Below are positions 51,115-63,396 of a stretch of 64,000 nucleotides of DNA, in pieces. The notes beneath the pieces are model-generated. The model saw nothing but the letters and a program-made list of their open reading frames with translations, was not told the DNA's origin and searched no databases. Numbering within the stretch: position 1 is the first letter of the stretch; each line of letters starts with the position of its first letter. The stretch comes from a bacterium (GTDB taxonomy: Bacteria; Patescibacteriota; Gracilibacteria; BD1-5; UBA6164): assembly GCA_024635475.1 (NCBI GenBank), contig JAGXIW010000008.1, forward strand, positions 13,592 through 77,591, read 5' to 3'. A program made the translations under genes and the position numbers.

Positions 51115-51906
51115 ATGAAAAAAATATTATCTATACTTTTTACAGCATACAAAAGCTATATAGTTTATATTCATGATATTATTTGATTAAATCTGATTTT
51201 GATACTGAGGTTGATAGTAATCATAACATTATACAAATATCTTTATGCAAATTATTCTAGTGATGATTTAATAAAAGGATATACATTAACTCAGATAACA
51301 TATGCAGTTATAATCGCTCAAGTTGTTTCTTCTTCAAAACCAAGAATCATAGATGAAGTAAGTAATGATGTAAAAACAGGAAAAGTAAGTGTGTATTTAC
51401 TTAATCCTATAAATTATATTGTGTTTAAGTTTTTAGAGTTTTTCCCAGTTTTTATTCAAAATGTATGATTTGGACTTATCTTTGGCTGACTTGTTTGATT
51501 TTTGATGATTGGTAGTTTTCCAATTACTTTAGCTTGATTTTTTGGATGATTACTACTTTTAATTTGATCAATGTTGGTAGTATTTTTTTCTTATACTTTT
51601 ATAGCAATATTAGCTTTCTATACCGAAGATGTAGAAGCTTTTAGATTTATATATGCTAAGTTTGATATGATTTTTTGATGAAATATATTACCAATTCCTT
51701 TTTTGCCTTGATTTCTTCAAACTATAGCTTATTTATCGCCATTTGCATATTTTTGATATACTTCTTGACTTGTATTTGTATCTTTTGACTTAATTCTTTT
51801 TTTAAAATATCTATCTATACAATTATTTTGGCTTATACTTACGATATTTGCTTGTATAATTCTTTTTTCTAAAGCAAGTAAAAAACTTACAATAAACTGA
51901 TGATAA
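51115..51906 (+). CDS. ABC-2 family permease
   Basis: Hydrophobic; V.TG....LL.P; ends INGG. Confidence 0.8.
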
Positions 51907-51938
51907 GACTTTTTCATTTTTAATTTTTTCTACTATTT

Positions 51939-52724
51939 ATGCAAACATTGAAACTTATATTACATTTTTGGAGATTGAATCTATTGTCAGCTATGGAATA
52001 TAAAATGAGTTTTATAATTCAAGTTGTATGAATTATTATAAATGATTCTATGTTTATTTTGATTTGGGTATTTTTCTTTAGTATATTCAATACATTATGA
52101 TGACTTGATATATGACAATTTGCTATTTTACTTTCTATAATGGTTATGGTATTTTGAATTATGCATACTTTTTTAAATTGATACTCAAAAATCTGAATTA
52201 TGATAGAAGATGGAAGACTAGATAATTATATGCTTTTACCTAAAAGTTTACTAATAAAACTTATTGTAAGTTCTATGATGATATCAGCAATTTGAGATAT
52301 AATTTATTCTTTTTTACTTATGTTTTTGATTCCTAATCTAACTGTGTTTATGGTATTTGAAATTGTATTTCTATCTATTATTGGAGCTTTTACATTTTTA
52401 TGATTTTTACTTATATTTGTTTCTTTGACTTTTTATATATGAAGTAGTAGAAATATGATTAGATGAATTTTTGAAGCCATACTTTGACCAAGTCATTATC
52501 CTCCTTGAATTTTTGAATGAACTATACTAAAATACATATTTATGAGTATAATCCCTGTTTATTATGTAGTATTTTGACAATTTGAACTTGTATTAAATTT
52601 TAGTTGGTTATTACTTTTTAAATTGATTATATGAAGTATATTTTTTCTCTCTTTATGAACTTTTGTGTTTTATAGATGATTAAAAAGATATGAAAGCGGG
52701 AATATGATAAATGTAAATTTATAA
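51939..52724 (+). CDS. ABC-2 family permease
   Basis: MEYKMSFIIQ; IEDGRLDNYMLLP; GLKRYESG. Confidence 0.8.
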
Positions 52725-52767
52725 TCTAAATGAAAGAAAAGTTTTTAACATCTGTATAATAATTAAT

Positions 52768-52849
52768 TATGAGAATTATTCTTATAAAGATAAAACACTC
52801 GTTTATTATAAAGTAAAAATTAAAATAAGAATTATTATTATTTTAATTT
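52768..52849 (+). promoter_or_regulatory. Two Fur/PerR-box-like palindromes upstream of fur
   Basis: TATGAGAATTATTCTTATA and ATAAGAATTATTATTAT; the AT-rich background weakens this call. Confidence 0.4.
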
Positions 52850-52907
52850 GATTTTAGATATTTTTTATTTATTATTAGGTTTAATATTAGTTTTTAAAAA
52901 AATAATT

Positions 52908-53252
52908 ATGAAAACTCATGCTTATTTATTAGATATAAAAGAAATTTGTAGAGAAAAGCATTTAACTGTTGATGAAATTTTTGAAAAATTAAAAAAAACA
53001 TATCCAAAAGTAGGGAGGTCAACAGTTTATAGAAATGTTGATGAGATGACAAAGTTGGGAGTTCTTACAAAAATTATTTGAATAAAAGATAAAGCTCTGT
53101 ATGAATTAATAGGAGAAAATCATATTCATTTGATTGATACAGAATCTGGATATATAAGGGATTTAGGCATTGATAATATCAATATTCCAGGAATTCCATA
53201 TAATTTTACTGTTGATTATATGAATGTAGATATTTATGGAAAATTTAATTAA
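52908..53252 (+). CDS. fur: Fur-family transcriptional regulator
   Basis: HLTVDEIF; VGRSTVYRN; HIHLIDTESG. Confidence 0.8.
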
Positions 53253-53316
53253 TAAAAAAAACTTGATTTTTTTTTATTTTTTTTAGAATAACTATTCTAA
53301 AATATAAAAATATTAT

Positions 53317-53514
53317 ATGTTAAAAACATTTTTAAAAATAAATATTATATTGTTAGTAAATTTATTTGCTTTTTTATTGGTTTGACATATACTTGACGAA
53401 ATTTTTTCGGAAGAATTTATGTTTAAATTAATCTTTGTGGTGCTATCTATAGTACCTTTGGTTTTATACATGATTTATTATATTAGAAAGAAATCTAAAA
53501 ATGACAGAAAATAA
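53317..53514 (+). CDS. AtpZ/AtpI-like small membrane protein
   Basis: Two TMs with GHILD; overlaps the atpB start. Confidence 0.55.
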
Positions 53515-54334
53515 TAATGAAAATACTACAGAAGTTCATGTAGGACCACATATTCCAGCTATACAGTGAGAACAAGTTAGTTGATTGATAACAAATACTA
53601 TAATTACTACCAGTATATTTTTTGTTATTATTTTAATTGTTTCTATTTTATGAAATAAAGCTTTAAAAAGTGAAAAAAAATCAAAATTAAAATTATTTTT
53701 TATTAATTTTGTATGATTTTTTGATAAATATTTAACGGATTCTTTTTGAAGTAAGAAATTTGCTCGTAATTATTATGCAACTGTCGTAGGTATTTTTTCT
53801 ATAATATTTTTCTGAAACTTATTTTGACTTATTATTGACTGGTTAGGGGCTTGAGTTTCTCCAACTATTTTGACTTATTTAAGACCAATGAATTCAGATC
53901 CAAATACAACTTTTGTTTTAGCTTTTATTACTATAGCTATGTTTGTATGAGTTTGAATTAAAACACATTGATTTACATCTACAACTAAATGATATTGTTT
54001 CAATTTTTCTTGAGAGAATCTTTGAATGAAGCTTATAAATGTATTTGTATGATGGTTACATCTGATTTGACTTCCTTCTAGTTTAGCATCTCTATCATTA
54101 AGACTTTTTTGAAATATATTTGCATGAATAGTATTGATTTGAGTAATTACTTTCCTATGAGAGATGGTATCTAATGCCGTATTTTGAGATAAAATGTTTT
54201 TTTTAGAAAAAGCAGGTATTTTTCTATCTTTACCTTTTTGGTTTTTTGAAATTTTCGTTGCTTTTATACAAGCGGTAGTTTTTGTTTGACTTATGATAGC
54301 TTATTTTAAACAGGCAAGTGAAGAACACCATTAA
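53501..54334 (+). CDS. atpB: ATP synthase Fo subunit a
   Basis: SLSLRLFGNIFAG; EIFVAFIQAVVF. Confidence 0.92.
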
Positions 54335-54527
54335 GAGAATAGAATATAGAATGCAGAATATAGGTATAGAAAAAAATAAAATACAAAATAGAATAAAATA
54401 AAGAATACAAATTAAAGAGTTGAAATTTGAAAATTAGGTTATTTTTATTAAACTTATTTTTCAGTTTTCAGTTCTTTAGGTCTATGTAGATCTCGAGATC
54501 TTAATTTTATAATTTAATTTTGTTAAT

Positions 54528-54788
54528 ATGAACGAAATAGTACAAGCATGAGGAACTCAAATAATGGTTTACAAAGAATTATCTATGGCTATTGCTATAG
54601 GATTAGGATCATTTTGACCTGCAATTGGTATTGGTTTGATAGGTAAAGCAGCATTAGAGGCAGTAGGTAGAAATCCTGAAGCTACTGCTAAAATACAATG
54701 ATTAGCTATTCTTTCTATTGCATTTGCTGAAGCTATCGCTATCTATGCTTTAGTTATTGCATTTATAATTTGATTTGTAAAATTATAA
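54528..54788 (+). CDS. atpE: ATP synthase Fo subunit c
   Basis: GPAIGIG; GRNPEA; AFAEAIAIYAL. Confidence 0.95.
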
Positions 54789-54890
54789 TTATTAATGAAT
54801 AATGAAAAATTAATAATGAATAATTAAGTTGAAATTTATTTTTAACCAATAGTTATTAATTATTAATTATTAACTATTAATTATGTAAAC

Positions 54891-55370
54891 ATGGATTTAA
54901 AATTTGTTACACCGGATACTTTTGCTATACAGTTTATTATATTACTTTTAGTTATTTGGGTTTTAAATAAGTTTATATTTAAACCTTATTTAGCATATCT
55001 TGATGAATTGGATATAAAACAAAAAAAACTAGAATGAGATTATAAAAATATTGATAAACTTATAAAAGATGCAGAAGTAAAAAGAGAAGATATACTTAAA
55101 AAAGCTAGATTTAAGTGAGATGAGATAATAAATGAAGCTGAAAATATATGAAAAAAGAAAAAAGAAGATATAATCTTTAGAGCAGAAAATGATGCAAAAG
55201 ATTTATTTGAATGAGCTAGAACAGAAATAGAAAAAGAGAGATTATTTATGCTAAATTCTATAAGAACAAATGTTGTAAATCTTGTTATAAAATTAAATTC
55301 AAAATTATTTAAACAAGAAAATATAACTAAAGATTTTATAGAGAAGGAGTTAGATACAATTAAAGTATAA
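54891..55370 (+). CDS. atpF: ATP synthase Fo subunit b
   Basis: N-terminal TM ..LNKFIFKP then coiled coil; operon position. Confidence 0.88.
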
Positions 55371-55413
55371 AAAAATCTTAATTTTACATTTTATATTTTA
55401 CATTACTTAAAGT

Positions 55414-55758
55414 ATGGATTTTACAAATTTGAATAAAGAAGAATTAAAAGGACTTTTAAAGGATTTGAGATTATATAGTAATCTTACAAATAAGCTTTGA
55501 TATAGATGAAAAAGAATCTTTTCTAAAATAAAAAATGATAAGAGTTATTATTTGGTTGAATATTATCCATATGCTGATTTAGAGTTTGTTTTTACGAAAT
55601 CAGTAGAGGTTTATAAGAGATTTTTTCTATGTTCCCCTCTAAGAGAAGAAATAGTTTTTTTACCTAAGAAATCGTTACTTTGATGAATGAAAGTTTATAA
55701 AGATGATGATGTTGTTGATTTAAGCTTTGAAAAGGTAGAAAGAAATTTAAAAAAATAA
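55414..55758 (+). CDS. atpH: Short, divergent ATP synthase delta subunit
   Basis: Position between atpF and atpA; SLLGGMKVYKDDDVVDLS. Confidence 0.65.
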
Positions 55759-55830
55759 AAATAAAATAAATTAACAATTATTATTCAATAATTGTTAATT
55801 ATTAATTATTAATTGTTAATTATAAAAGCT

Positions 55831-57336
55831 ATGTCAAATGATGTTTTAAACAAAATAATAAAAGATATAGAAACTAGAATTGATTCTGTTGATGTATCTC
55901 CAGAGATAGAAAATGTTTGAGAAGTTTTTTATCTTTGAGATTCTATTGCTAAAGTTTCAGGTCTTAGAAATGTAGCATATAATGAAATAGTGGAATTTGA
56001 GTCATGAGCAATTTGAGTTGCTTTGAATCTTGAAGAACATTTTGTTTGAGTTGTTATATTGAATCTTTTTTCAAAAATATTAGAGGGAGAAAAAGTTAAA
56101 GCAACTTGAAAGATTTTGGAAGTTCCTGTTTGAGATGCTTTAATCTGAAGAGTTGTAGATTCACTTTGAAATCCGGTTGATTGATTGTGAGATATAAAAA
56201 CAGATATTTTTTATCCTGTTGAGAGAGTTGCTTCATGAGTTATGACGAGAAAATCAGTTCATGAACCACTTGAAACTTGAATTAAGGCTATAGATGCTTT
56301 AGTACCTATTGGTAGATGACAAAGAGAATTAATTATTTGAGATAGACAAACGGGTAAAACTCAAGTAGCTATAGATACAATTTTGAATCAAAAATGAAAA
56401 GGTGTAACTTGTGTTTATGTTGCTATTTGACAAAAAGAATGAAAGGTATCTAGAATAATGGAAGAATTGAAAAAAAGATGAGCTATGGATTATACAATCA
56501 TAGTTTTAGCTTGAGCATCTAGTCCAGCAGCTATGCAATATCTTGCTCCTTATTCTGGTTGTGCTATGGCTGAATATTTTATGCTAAATTGAAAACATGC
56601 TTTAATTATATATGATGATTTATCAAAACAAGCAAATGCTTATAGAGAAATGTCATTACTTCTTAGAAGACCACCATGAAGAGAAGCTTATCCATGAGAT
56701 GTATTTTATCTTCACTCTAGATTACTTGAAAGATCTGCAAAATTAAATGATAGTTTATGAGCATGAAGTCTTACAGCTTTGCCTATAATAGAAACTCAAG
56801 CTTGAGATGTATCTGCTTATATTCCTACAAATGTAATATCAATTACAGATTGACAAATATTTCTTGAATCAGATCTATTTAATTCATGACAAAAACCTGC
56901 TATTAATGTATGACTTTCTGTATCAAGAGTATGATGAGCAGCTCAAATAAAGGCTATGAAAAAAGTAGCTTGAACTTTGAAATTGGATCTTGCTCAGTAT
57001 AGAGAACTTGCAGCATTTTCACAATTTGCTTCAGATTTGGATGAAATAACTAGAAACCAATTAGAAAGATGAAAAAGAATGATGGAACTTTTAAAACAAT
57101 GAGTATATGCACCAGTTTCTGTTTCTAAACAAGTTTGTGCTATGTATGCTTGAACTAATTGATATTTAGATCAAATAGAACTTTCTCGTATTGCTAGATT
57201 TGAAAGTGATTTTTATGCAGCACTAGATGATGAAAAAACTATTTTAGAATCTATTGAACAAGAAAAAGTTATAAAAGAAGATAAAGAAACAAAATTAAAA
57301 GAAATTCTAGGAAAAATTATTGAATTGAATAAGTAG
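55831..57336 (+). CDS. atpA: ATP synthase F1 alpha
   Basis: [40 protein letters not shown]. Confidence 0.97.
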
Positions 57337-57367
57337 AAAACAATTATTAATTATTAATTATTGCTTT

Positions 57368-58279
57368 ATGGCATCAGCTAAAGAGATAAGAAGAAAAATC
57401 GCATCTATAAAAAATACTTGAAAAATAACAAAAGCTATGGAGCTTATTTCAACAGTTAAAATGAAAAAAGCCCAAGATTCTGTTATGGCAAAGAAGAATT
57501 TTGTTATGGAAATTTTAAAGATATTTTTAAAAATAGAAGATGCTTTGATTAATTTTCCTATTTTTTCGTATTGAAAATGAAATAAAACATTGGCTGTAGT
57601 AATCACATCAAATAAATGACTTTGTTGATGATACAATGTCGGGGTGATGAAAAAAGTAAATTTTTATATGAAAAGTACAAATGAAGAAATAGATTTTGTT
57701 ACTGTTTGAAAAAAAGCAGCCAATTTTGTATCAAGAACGGGAAATAATCTAATTGCAGATTTTTCTCATGATTTTACTGACAATATACAACCAATTTTTA
57801 CTAAAAGAATTTCAAAATTATTAAGAGATGAATTTTTAAGTGGAAAATATAATAAAGTAGTAGTTTTTTATAGTCATTTTTTAAATACTATAAAACAAAT
57901 TCCTATTAGTAAGGAGTTTATGCCTATATCATCTAAAGATATTAAAGAGTATCTTTCTACGATAGCAAACCAATTTTATGATATAGATAGTGAAATTGAA
58001 AAAAGTACAAAAACAGAATCTTTTTATAAGGTAGAGCCAAGTAAAGAGGAATTAGCAGAACATATAATTCCAATAATTTTGGATATGATGTTTTTTGATC
58101 TACTTTTAGAATCAAAAGCATCAGAACATAGTTCTCGTATGATTGCTATGAAAAATGCCAAAGATAATGCAAAGAAAATAGCAGATAATTTGACTTTGAA
58201 ATACAATAAAGCAAGACAATCTATTATTACAAAGGAAGTTTCTGAAATTACAGCTTGAGTTGAATCTCTAAAAGATTAG
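57368..58279 (+). CDS. atpG: ATP synthase F1 gamma
   Basis: KITKAMELIS; ASEHSSRMIAM; YNKARQSIITKEVSEI. Confidence 0.95.
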
Positions 58280-58375
58280 TTTAAAATAAAAAATAATAAA
58301 AAGAAAAATAAAAGAAAGAATATAAAAATAAATACAACTTTTATAAATAATTTTATTATTTTAATACTAAAAATT

Positions 58376-58852
58376 ATGAAACAAACTCCTTTGATATTTA
58401 AATTAGTAATAAATTTCGTTGCTTATATAGGGTATACATTTTTGTTATCGGTGATATTTTCTTTTTCTTTTCCTTTAGTATTAAATATGTTAGGAAAAGA
58501 ACTGTATAACCCTGCTGATCCAATTTTTATGAAGATACAAATTTCTATTGCTTTGATTGTATTGATATTTACAGTTATTTTTAGAAAATATTTTTATATG
58601 AGCTTATCTAATAATTGTATGACAAGTGAGTCATATGATGATGTTGAAGAAACTAAGAAAGAAAATTGAAAAACAGATATGGTTGAAAAAGAAATTAAAA
58701 AAGAGGATTGGTTAAATTTTGATAATAAAATTGAAAATACAGAACCTGAAACAGTTATAAAGAAAGAAGAGGAGTATGTTTTTAAAATGGATGATGAAGA
58801 AGATGAAGAAGATAGTATAAAAATATTTACAGATAAAGAGATAAAAAGATAA
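58376..58852 (+). CDS. Hypothetical 2-TM protein with acidic tail
   Basis: Track ORF extends through TGA to TAA at 58850-58852. Confidence 0.7.
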
Positions 58853-58871
58853 TCTATAACTCTAGCTTTCT

Positions 58872-59276
58872 ATGAAACTAAAAATTTACACTGACGGGTG
58901 AGCTAGATGAAATCCTTGAAATGCTTGAATTTGAGTTTATATAACAGACCAAAACTGAAAAGAAATTGAAAAGAGGTATAAAAATATTGGGATTAAAACA
59001 AATAATGATGCAGAATATACTGCAGTGTATTTGGCCTTAACTAGAGCTGTAGAACTTTGATGTAATGATATAGATTTATTTTCTGATTCAAACTTAGTTG
59101 TTAATCAATTAAGTTGAAATTGGAAAATAAAGGAAGAGAGATTAAAAGTTTATAAGACTGATATAGACAATATAATTAAAGAAAACAAGTTAAAAATTTG
59201 TTTTACTTGGATTAGAAGAGAAGAAAATAAGGAAGCCGATAGATTAAGTAATGTTGCAATGGATGAGAATAATTAA
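58872..59276 (+). CDS. rnhA: Ribonuclease HI
   Basis: YTDGGARGNPG; TNNDAEY; SDSNLVVNQ; REENKEADRL. Confidence 0.92.
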
Positions 59277-59296
59277 TATTTTTTAACATTTATTAT

Positions 59297-59674
59297 ATGA
59301 AATTTTTCATTATTATACTACTAATATTTTCTTTATTTTCTTGTAGTAAAACTATTGGTATAGATTATGCAATGGATGCTAGAAATTCTCTAAGAATTAG
59401 TAACATGAATTGAGCAAAAGAAGAATTAATAAGCTATTATAAACTTAATAATCAAATGTTTCCAGAAACACTTGAAGAATTAAATAAACTTGAATACCAT
59501 TCTAAATATTATTTTGAATGAGAATGAAAGAATTGAAGAAAAGAAGTATGATGATGTAGTCTATATTTTAATTATAAAATAATTAAAAATAAACAATGAG
59601 AAATTAAAGATTTTGAATTATCTACTTGTTTAGAATGAGAAAAAGAAAAAAGGGTAATAAGGCCATTTAATTAA
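59297..59674 (+). CDS. Putative lipoprotein with pilin-head-like segment
   Basis: Lipobox LFSC; DARNSLRISNM...YYKLNNQMFPETL; two Cys near the C-terminus. Confidence 0.6.
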
Positions 59675-59703
59675 TAATTTTTTACTTTTTAATTACTATT
59701 ATT

Positions 59704-59844
59704 ATGACAACATGGATTTGTGATAATTGTGGTGCTACTAAAGAATGAAGATGTAACCCAAAAAAATGTGAATCTTGTGGATGAGTAAATTTTTCTAAAA
59801 AAGAAGAATCTTGTGGATGTAGTGGATGTGGCTGTAGAAAATAA
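59704..59844 (+). CDS. Small rubredoxin-like (RCKP-type) protein with Cys-rich tail
   Basis: MTTWICDNCGATKEGRCNPKKCESCGGVNFSKKEESCGCSGCGCRK. Confidence 0.7.
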
Positions 59845-59880
59845 ATATAAAAAATTTTTAATTCTTAATTTAGTGTTTTT

Positions 59881-61284
59881 ATGCATATTTGAAAAATAAT
59901 AAAAATCGTATGAGTTGTTATTGATGTAGAATTTAAAGATGGATATGTTCCACATATATATGAATCTCTGGAAGTAAAATGACATTCAGAAAAGATTATA
60001 CTTGAAACTCAACAACAACTTTGAGATAGTGTTGTTAGAACTATAGCTATGAACCCAGTTGAATGATTGAAAAGATGAATGGAAGTTGTAGCACTTGAAT
60101 CTCCTATAAAGGTTCCTGTTTGAGAAAGTATATTATGAAGAATGTTTAATGTACTTTGAGATCCAATTGATAACTTGGAAGCACCTAAAGCTGAGTTCTA
60201 TGATCCAATTCATAGAGATGCTCCAGCATTTAAGAATCTTACAACTAAAGCTGAACTTTTCGAAACTTGAATAAAAGTTATAGATTTGATAGCACCAATG
60301 CTTAAATGATGAAAAGTATGACTTTTTGGATGAGCTTGAGTTGGTAAAACAGTTATAATGCAAGAACTTATTCATAATATAGCAAGTGAACATGGATGAT
60401 ATAGTGTTGTAGCATGAGTTTGAGAAAGAACAAGAGAATGAAATGATCTATATCATGAGATGAAATGAAGTTGAGTTATAGATAAAACAGCGATGGTTTT
60501 TGGTCAAATGAATGAAGCTCCAGGACCAAGAGCGAGAGTTGCATTGACTTGATTAACAATGGCGGAGCATTTCAGAGATAGAGAAAAAAGAGATGTACTT
60601 TTATTTATTGATAATATATTTAGATTTACACAAGCTGGTTCTGAGATATCAGCACTTCTATGAAGAATTCCTTCAGCAGTATGATATCAACCAACTTTGG
60701 CAACAGATATGGGGGCTTTACAAGAAAGAATTACATCAACTAAAGATGGTTCTATTACTTCTGTACAAGCTGTTTATGTACCAGCTGATGATCTAACTGA
60801 TCCAGCTCCTGCGACTACTTTTGCACATCTGGATTCTACTATAGTACTTAGTAGAGCAATATCAGAACTTGGTATATATCCAGCAGTTGATCCACTTGAT
60901 TCTAATTCTACAGTTTTAGATCCACTTATCGTATGAGAAACTCATTATGCAGTTGCTAGAGAAGTTCAAAGAGTATTACAAAAATATAAAGAATTACAAG
61001 ATATTATAGCTATTCTTGGTATGGATGAGTTATCAGAAGATGATAAACAAGTAGTTTGAAGAGCAAGAAAAATACAAAAATATTTATCTCAACCATTCTT
61101 TGTAGCTGAACAATTTACATGATTTTCATGAGTTTATTCTAAAATAGGAGAAACAGTTACTTGATTTAAAAAGATTTTGGATTGAGAATTGGATTATGTT
61201 CCTGAGAAGTATTTTATGTATAAAAATACAACAGATGATGTAATCGCGGCTTATAAAAAAGACCAAGAAGGGGGTAAAGTATAA
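59881..61284 (+). CDS. atpD: ATP synthase F1 beta
   Basis: [41 protein letters not shown]. Confidence 0.97.
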
Positions 61285-61321
61285 AAACTAAGATTTATTT
61301 AAATTATATAGATTCAAAAAT

Positions 61322-61759
61322 ATGAAACTAAATATATATTCATTTAATTGAGAACATTTTTCTTCAGATAAAGTAACATCTGTTACTATGATGACTATGG
61401 ATTGAGAGATAACTATTCTTGATAGACATACTCCACTTTTAAGTGCATTTAAGCCGAGTACTATGTTTTTGCTTTATAAAGATGAAAATGAAGTAATTTA
61501 CAGAAATGATTTTGCGGTTTGAGCTTGATTTCTAGAAGTTAAAGATTCTGAAGTAAAAATATTAACAGATATGTTAATTGATGTTGAAGATCAAAAAGAT
61601 ATTGATAAAGATGCAATAGAATTAGCAAAAAGTGATGCTATTGCATTGATGGAAAAATATAAAAGTAGTAAAGATAGAGTTGACATGGAAAAATTTATAG
61701 AAGCTGAAGATAATTTGATGAAATCAATAGCTCAGTTGAAATTATATCAAAATAAATAA
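61322..61759 (+). CDS. atpC: ATP synthase F1 epsilon
   Basis: GEITILDRHTPL; AVGAGFLEV; position after atpD. Confidence 0.85.
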
Positions 61760-61765
61760 TAAAAG

Positions 61766-61797
61766 AAAATAGTCTAAATATATTTAGACTATTTTTT
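61766..61797. terminator. Bidirectional terminator
   Basis: AAAATAGTCTAAATA/TATTTAGACTATTTT between convergent genes. Confidence 0.7.
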
Positions 61798-62298
61798 TGT
61801 TATCAAATCAAATGTTTTTTTAGAAAGCCATTTTTCTGTTTCATCATATTTTTTTTGTTTTAATAGTTTTCTTATCTTTGTAGCAGAAATTGGTATTTTT
61901 TGTCTTGTTTTTTCCACAAAAGATATTGTATTAAAATCTAGTTTTTGAATATGTTCTTTTATAACTTTTATAGCAAAATCATTTTTTAAATCTCATCATA
62001 AAAAATATATATTATCTTCTTTTATAGAATATTTTTTTATTAGTATATTTAGATTATTTAGCCAGTCTATATCTTTTTTACAATCATTTAAATAACATAC
62101 GATTATATTATCATCAAATTCTTCTTTTAGAAATTCTTTTCTTTCAATAAGTGAGTAAGGATTATTTTCATCTATTTTTTCAGCAGATCAAATTATAACA
62201 ATAGTTTTATCATTATTTTTTAAGCTATAATCTATTAGAGATATATGTCATATATGAAGAGGACTAAATCTTCAAATTATTATTCATAAATTTTGCAT
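61789..62298 (-). CDS. HIGH-motif nucleotidyltransferase (NMN adenylyltransferase-like)
   Basis: IIGRFSPLHIGH; IGSA....NPYS..ER; ISATKIR. Confidence 0.8.
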
Positions 62299-62397
62299 TT
62301 TTAAGAAAAAGTGTATAATATAGTTGTATAAAACAAAATATGAGTTATATTAGTTATAATAATTATTTATTTTTTAAAAACAAAACATATTTTAAAT

Positions 62398-63396
62398 ATG
62401 AGTAATTCACACCAATCTTGAAAAGTAGCAGTCTTGGCCGCAATTATCTGAAATACTACAGTTACTATACTTAAGTTTATAGTTTTTTTTATGTCAGGTT
62501 CTACATCTATGTTTTCTGAATGAGTTCATACACTTGCAGATTCTGTGAATCAGATACTTTTATATGTAGGTATTAAAAAGTCTTCAAAAAAGGCCGATGA
62601 AAAGTTTTCATATGGATATTGAAAAGAAAGGTTTTTTTGGGCTCTAATTTCAGCATGTTGAATATTTTTCTTAGGTGCTTGAATTACATTATATCATTGA
62701 GTAGAAGGGCTTATTCATCCATCGGAAATAGAAAATTATTGATTATCATATATCGTATTAATTGTGTCTTTTTTTATTGAATGACTTACATTATATATTG
62801 CTTTAAAATCTGTTTATAAAAAAGAATTTGGATTATTAAAATCAATTAAAGAGTCTGATAATGCAAGTTATGCTGTAATTTTAGAAGATTCTGTAGCAGT
62901 TTTATGAGTTACTATAGCTTTTTTTGCAATACTATTAACTAAAGTAACAGGATATTTATTTTTTGATAGTATAGGTTCAATAACAATTTGATTATTATTA
63001 TGATGAGTTGCTATTTTACTTATTATTAAAAATAAGAATTATTTAATGTGAAAATCATTAGATGATAATATAACAGAATGAATAATAAAATTAATAGAAA
63101 CAGATCCATTGATTATAAAAGTTATAGATTTTAAATCAGAAATTATAGACTTGAATGCGTATATAATTAAGTGTGAAGTTGAGTTCAATGGAACAGCTTT
63201 GATGAAAGAAATTAGCAAACATGATTTTTTAGAAGACGAATATAAACATATAAATAAATACGAAGATTTTTTAAGATTTTGTGTAGAGTATGCTAACAGA
63301 ATTCCTAGACTTATATGAAAAAATATTGATACACTGGAGATAAAAATAAAAAAACATTATCCTGAAATAAAGTATATTGATATTGAGTTAAACTAG
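62398..63396 (+). CDS. Cation diffusion facilitator transporter
   Basis: SGSTSMFSEGVHTLADSVNQ; YGYGKERFFW; ILEDS. Confidence 0.9.

Noticed and set aside
54528..54788. Na+-coupled ATP synthase
   Set aside because: The c subunit reads EAIAIY and lacks the Gln and E-S/T sodium-binding signature.
2119..60796. Many track ORFs (e.g. 2119, 2705, 9588, 18832, 20748, 28031, 28592, 37406, 48204, 57358, 59689, 60593)
   Set aside because: They are antisense or off-frame shadows of longer table-25 genes with recognisable motifs.
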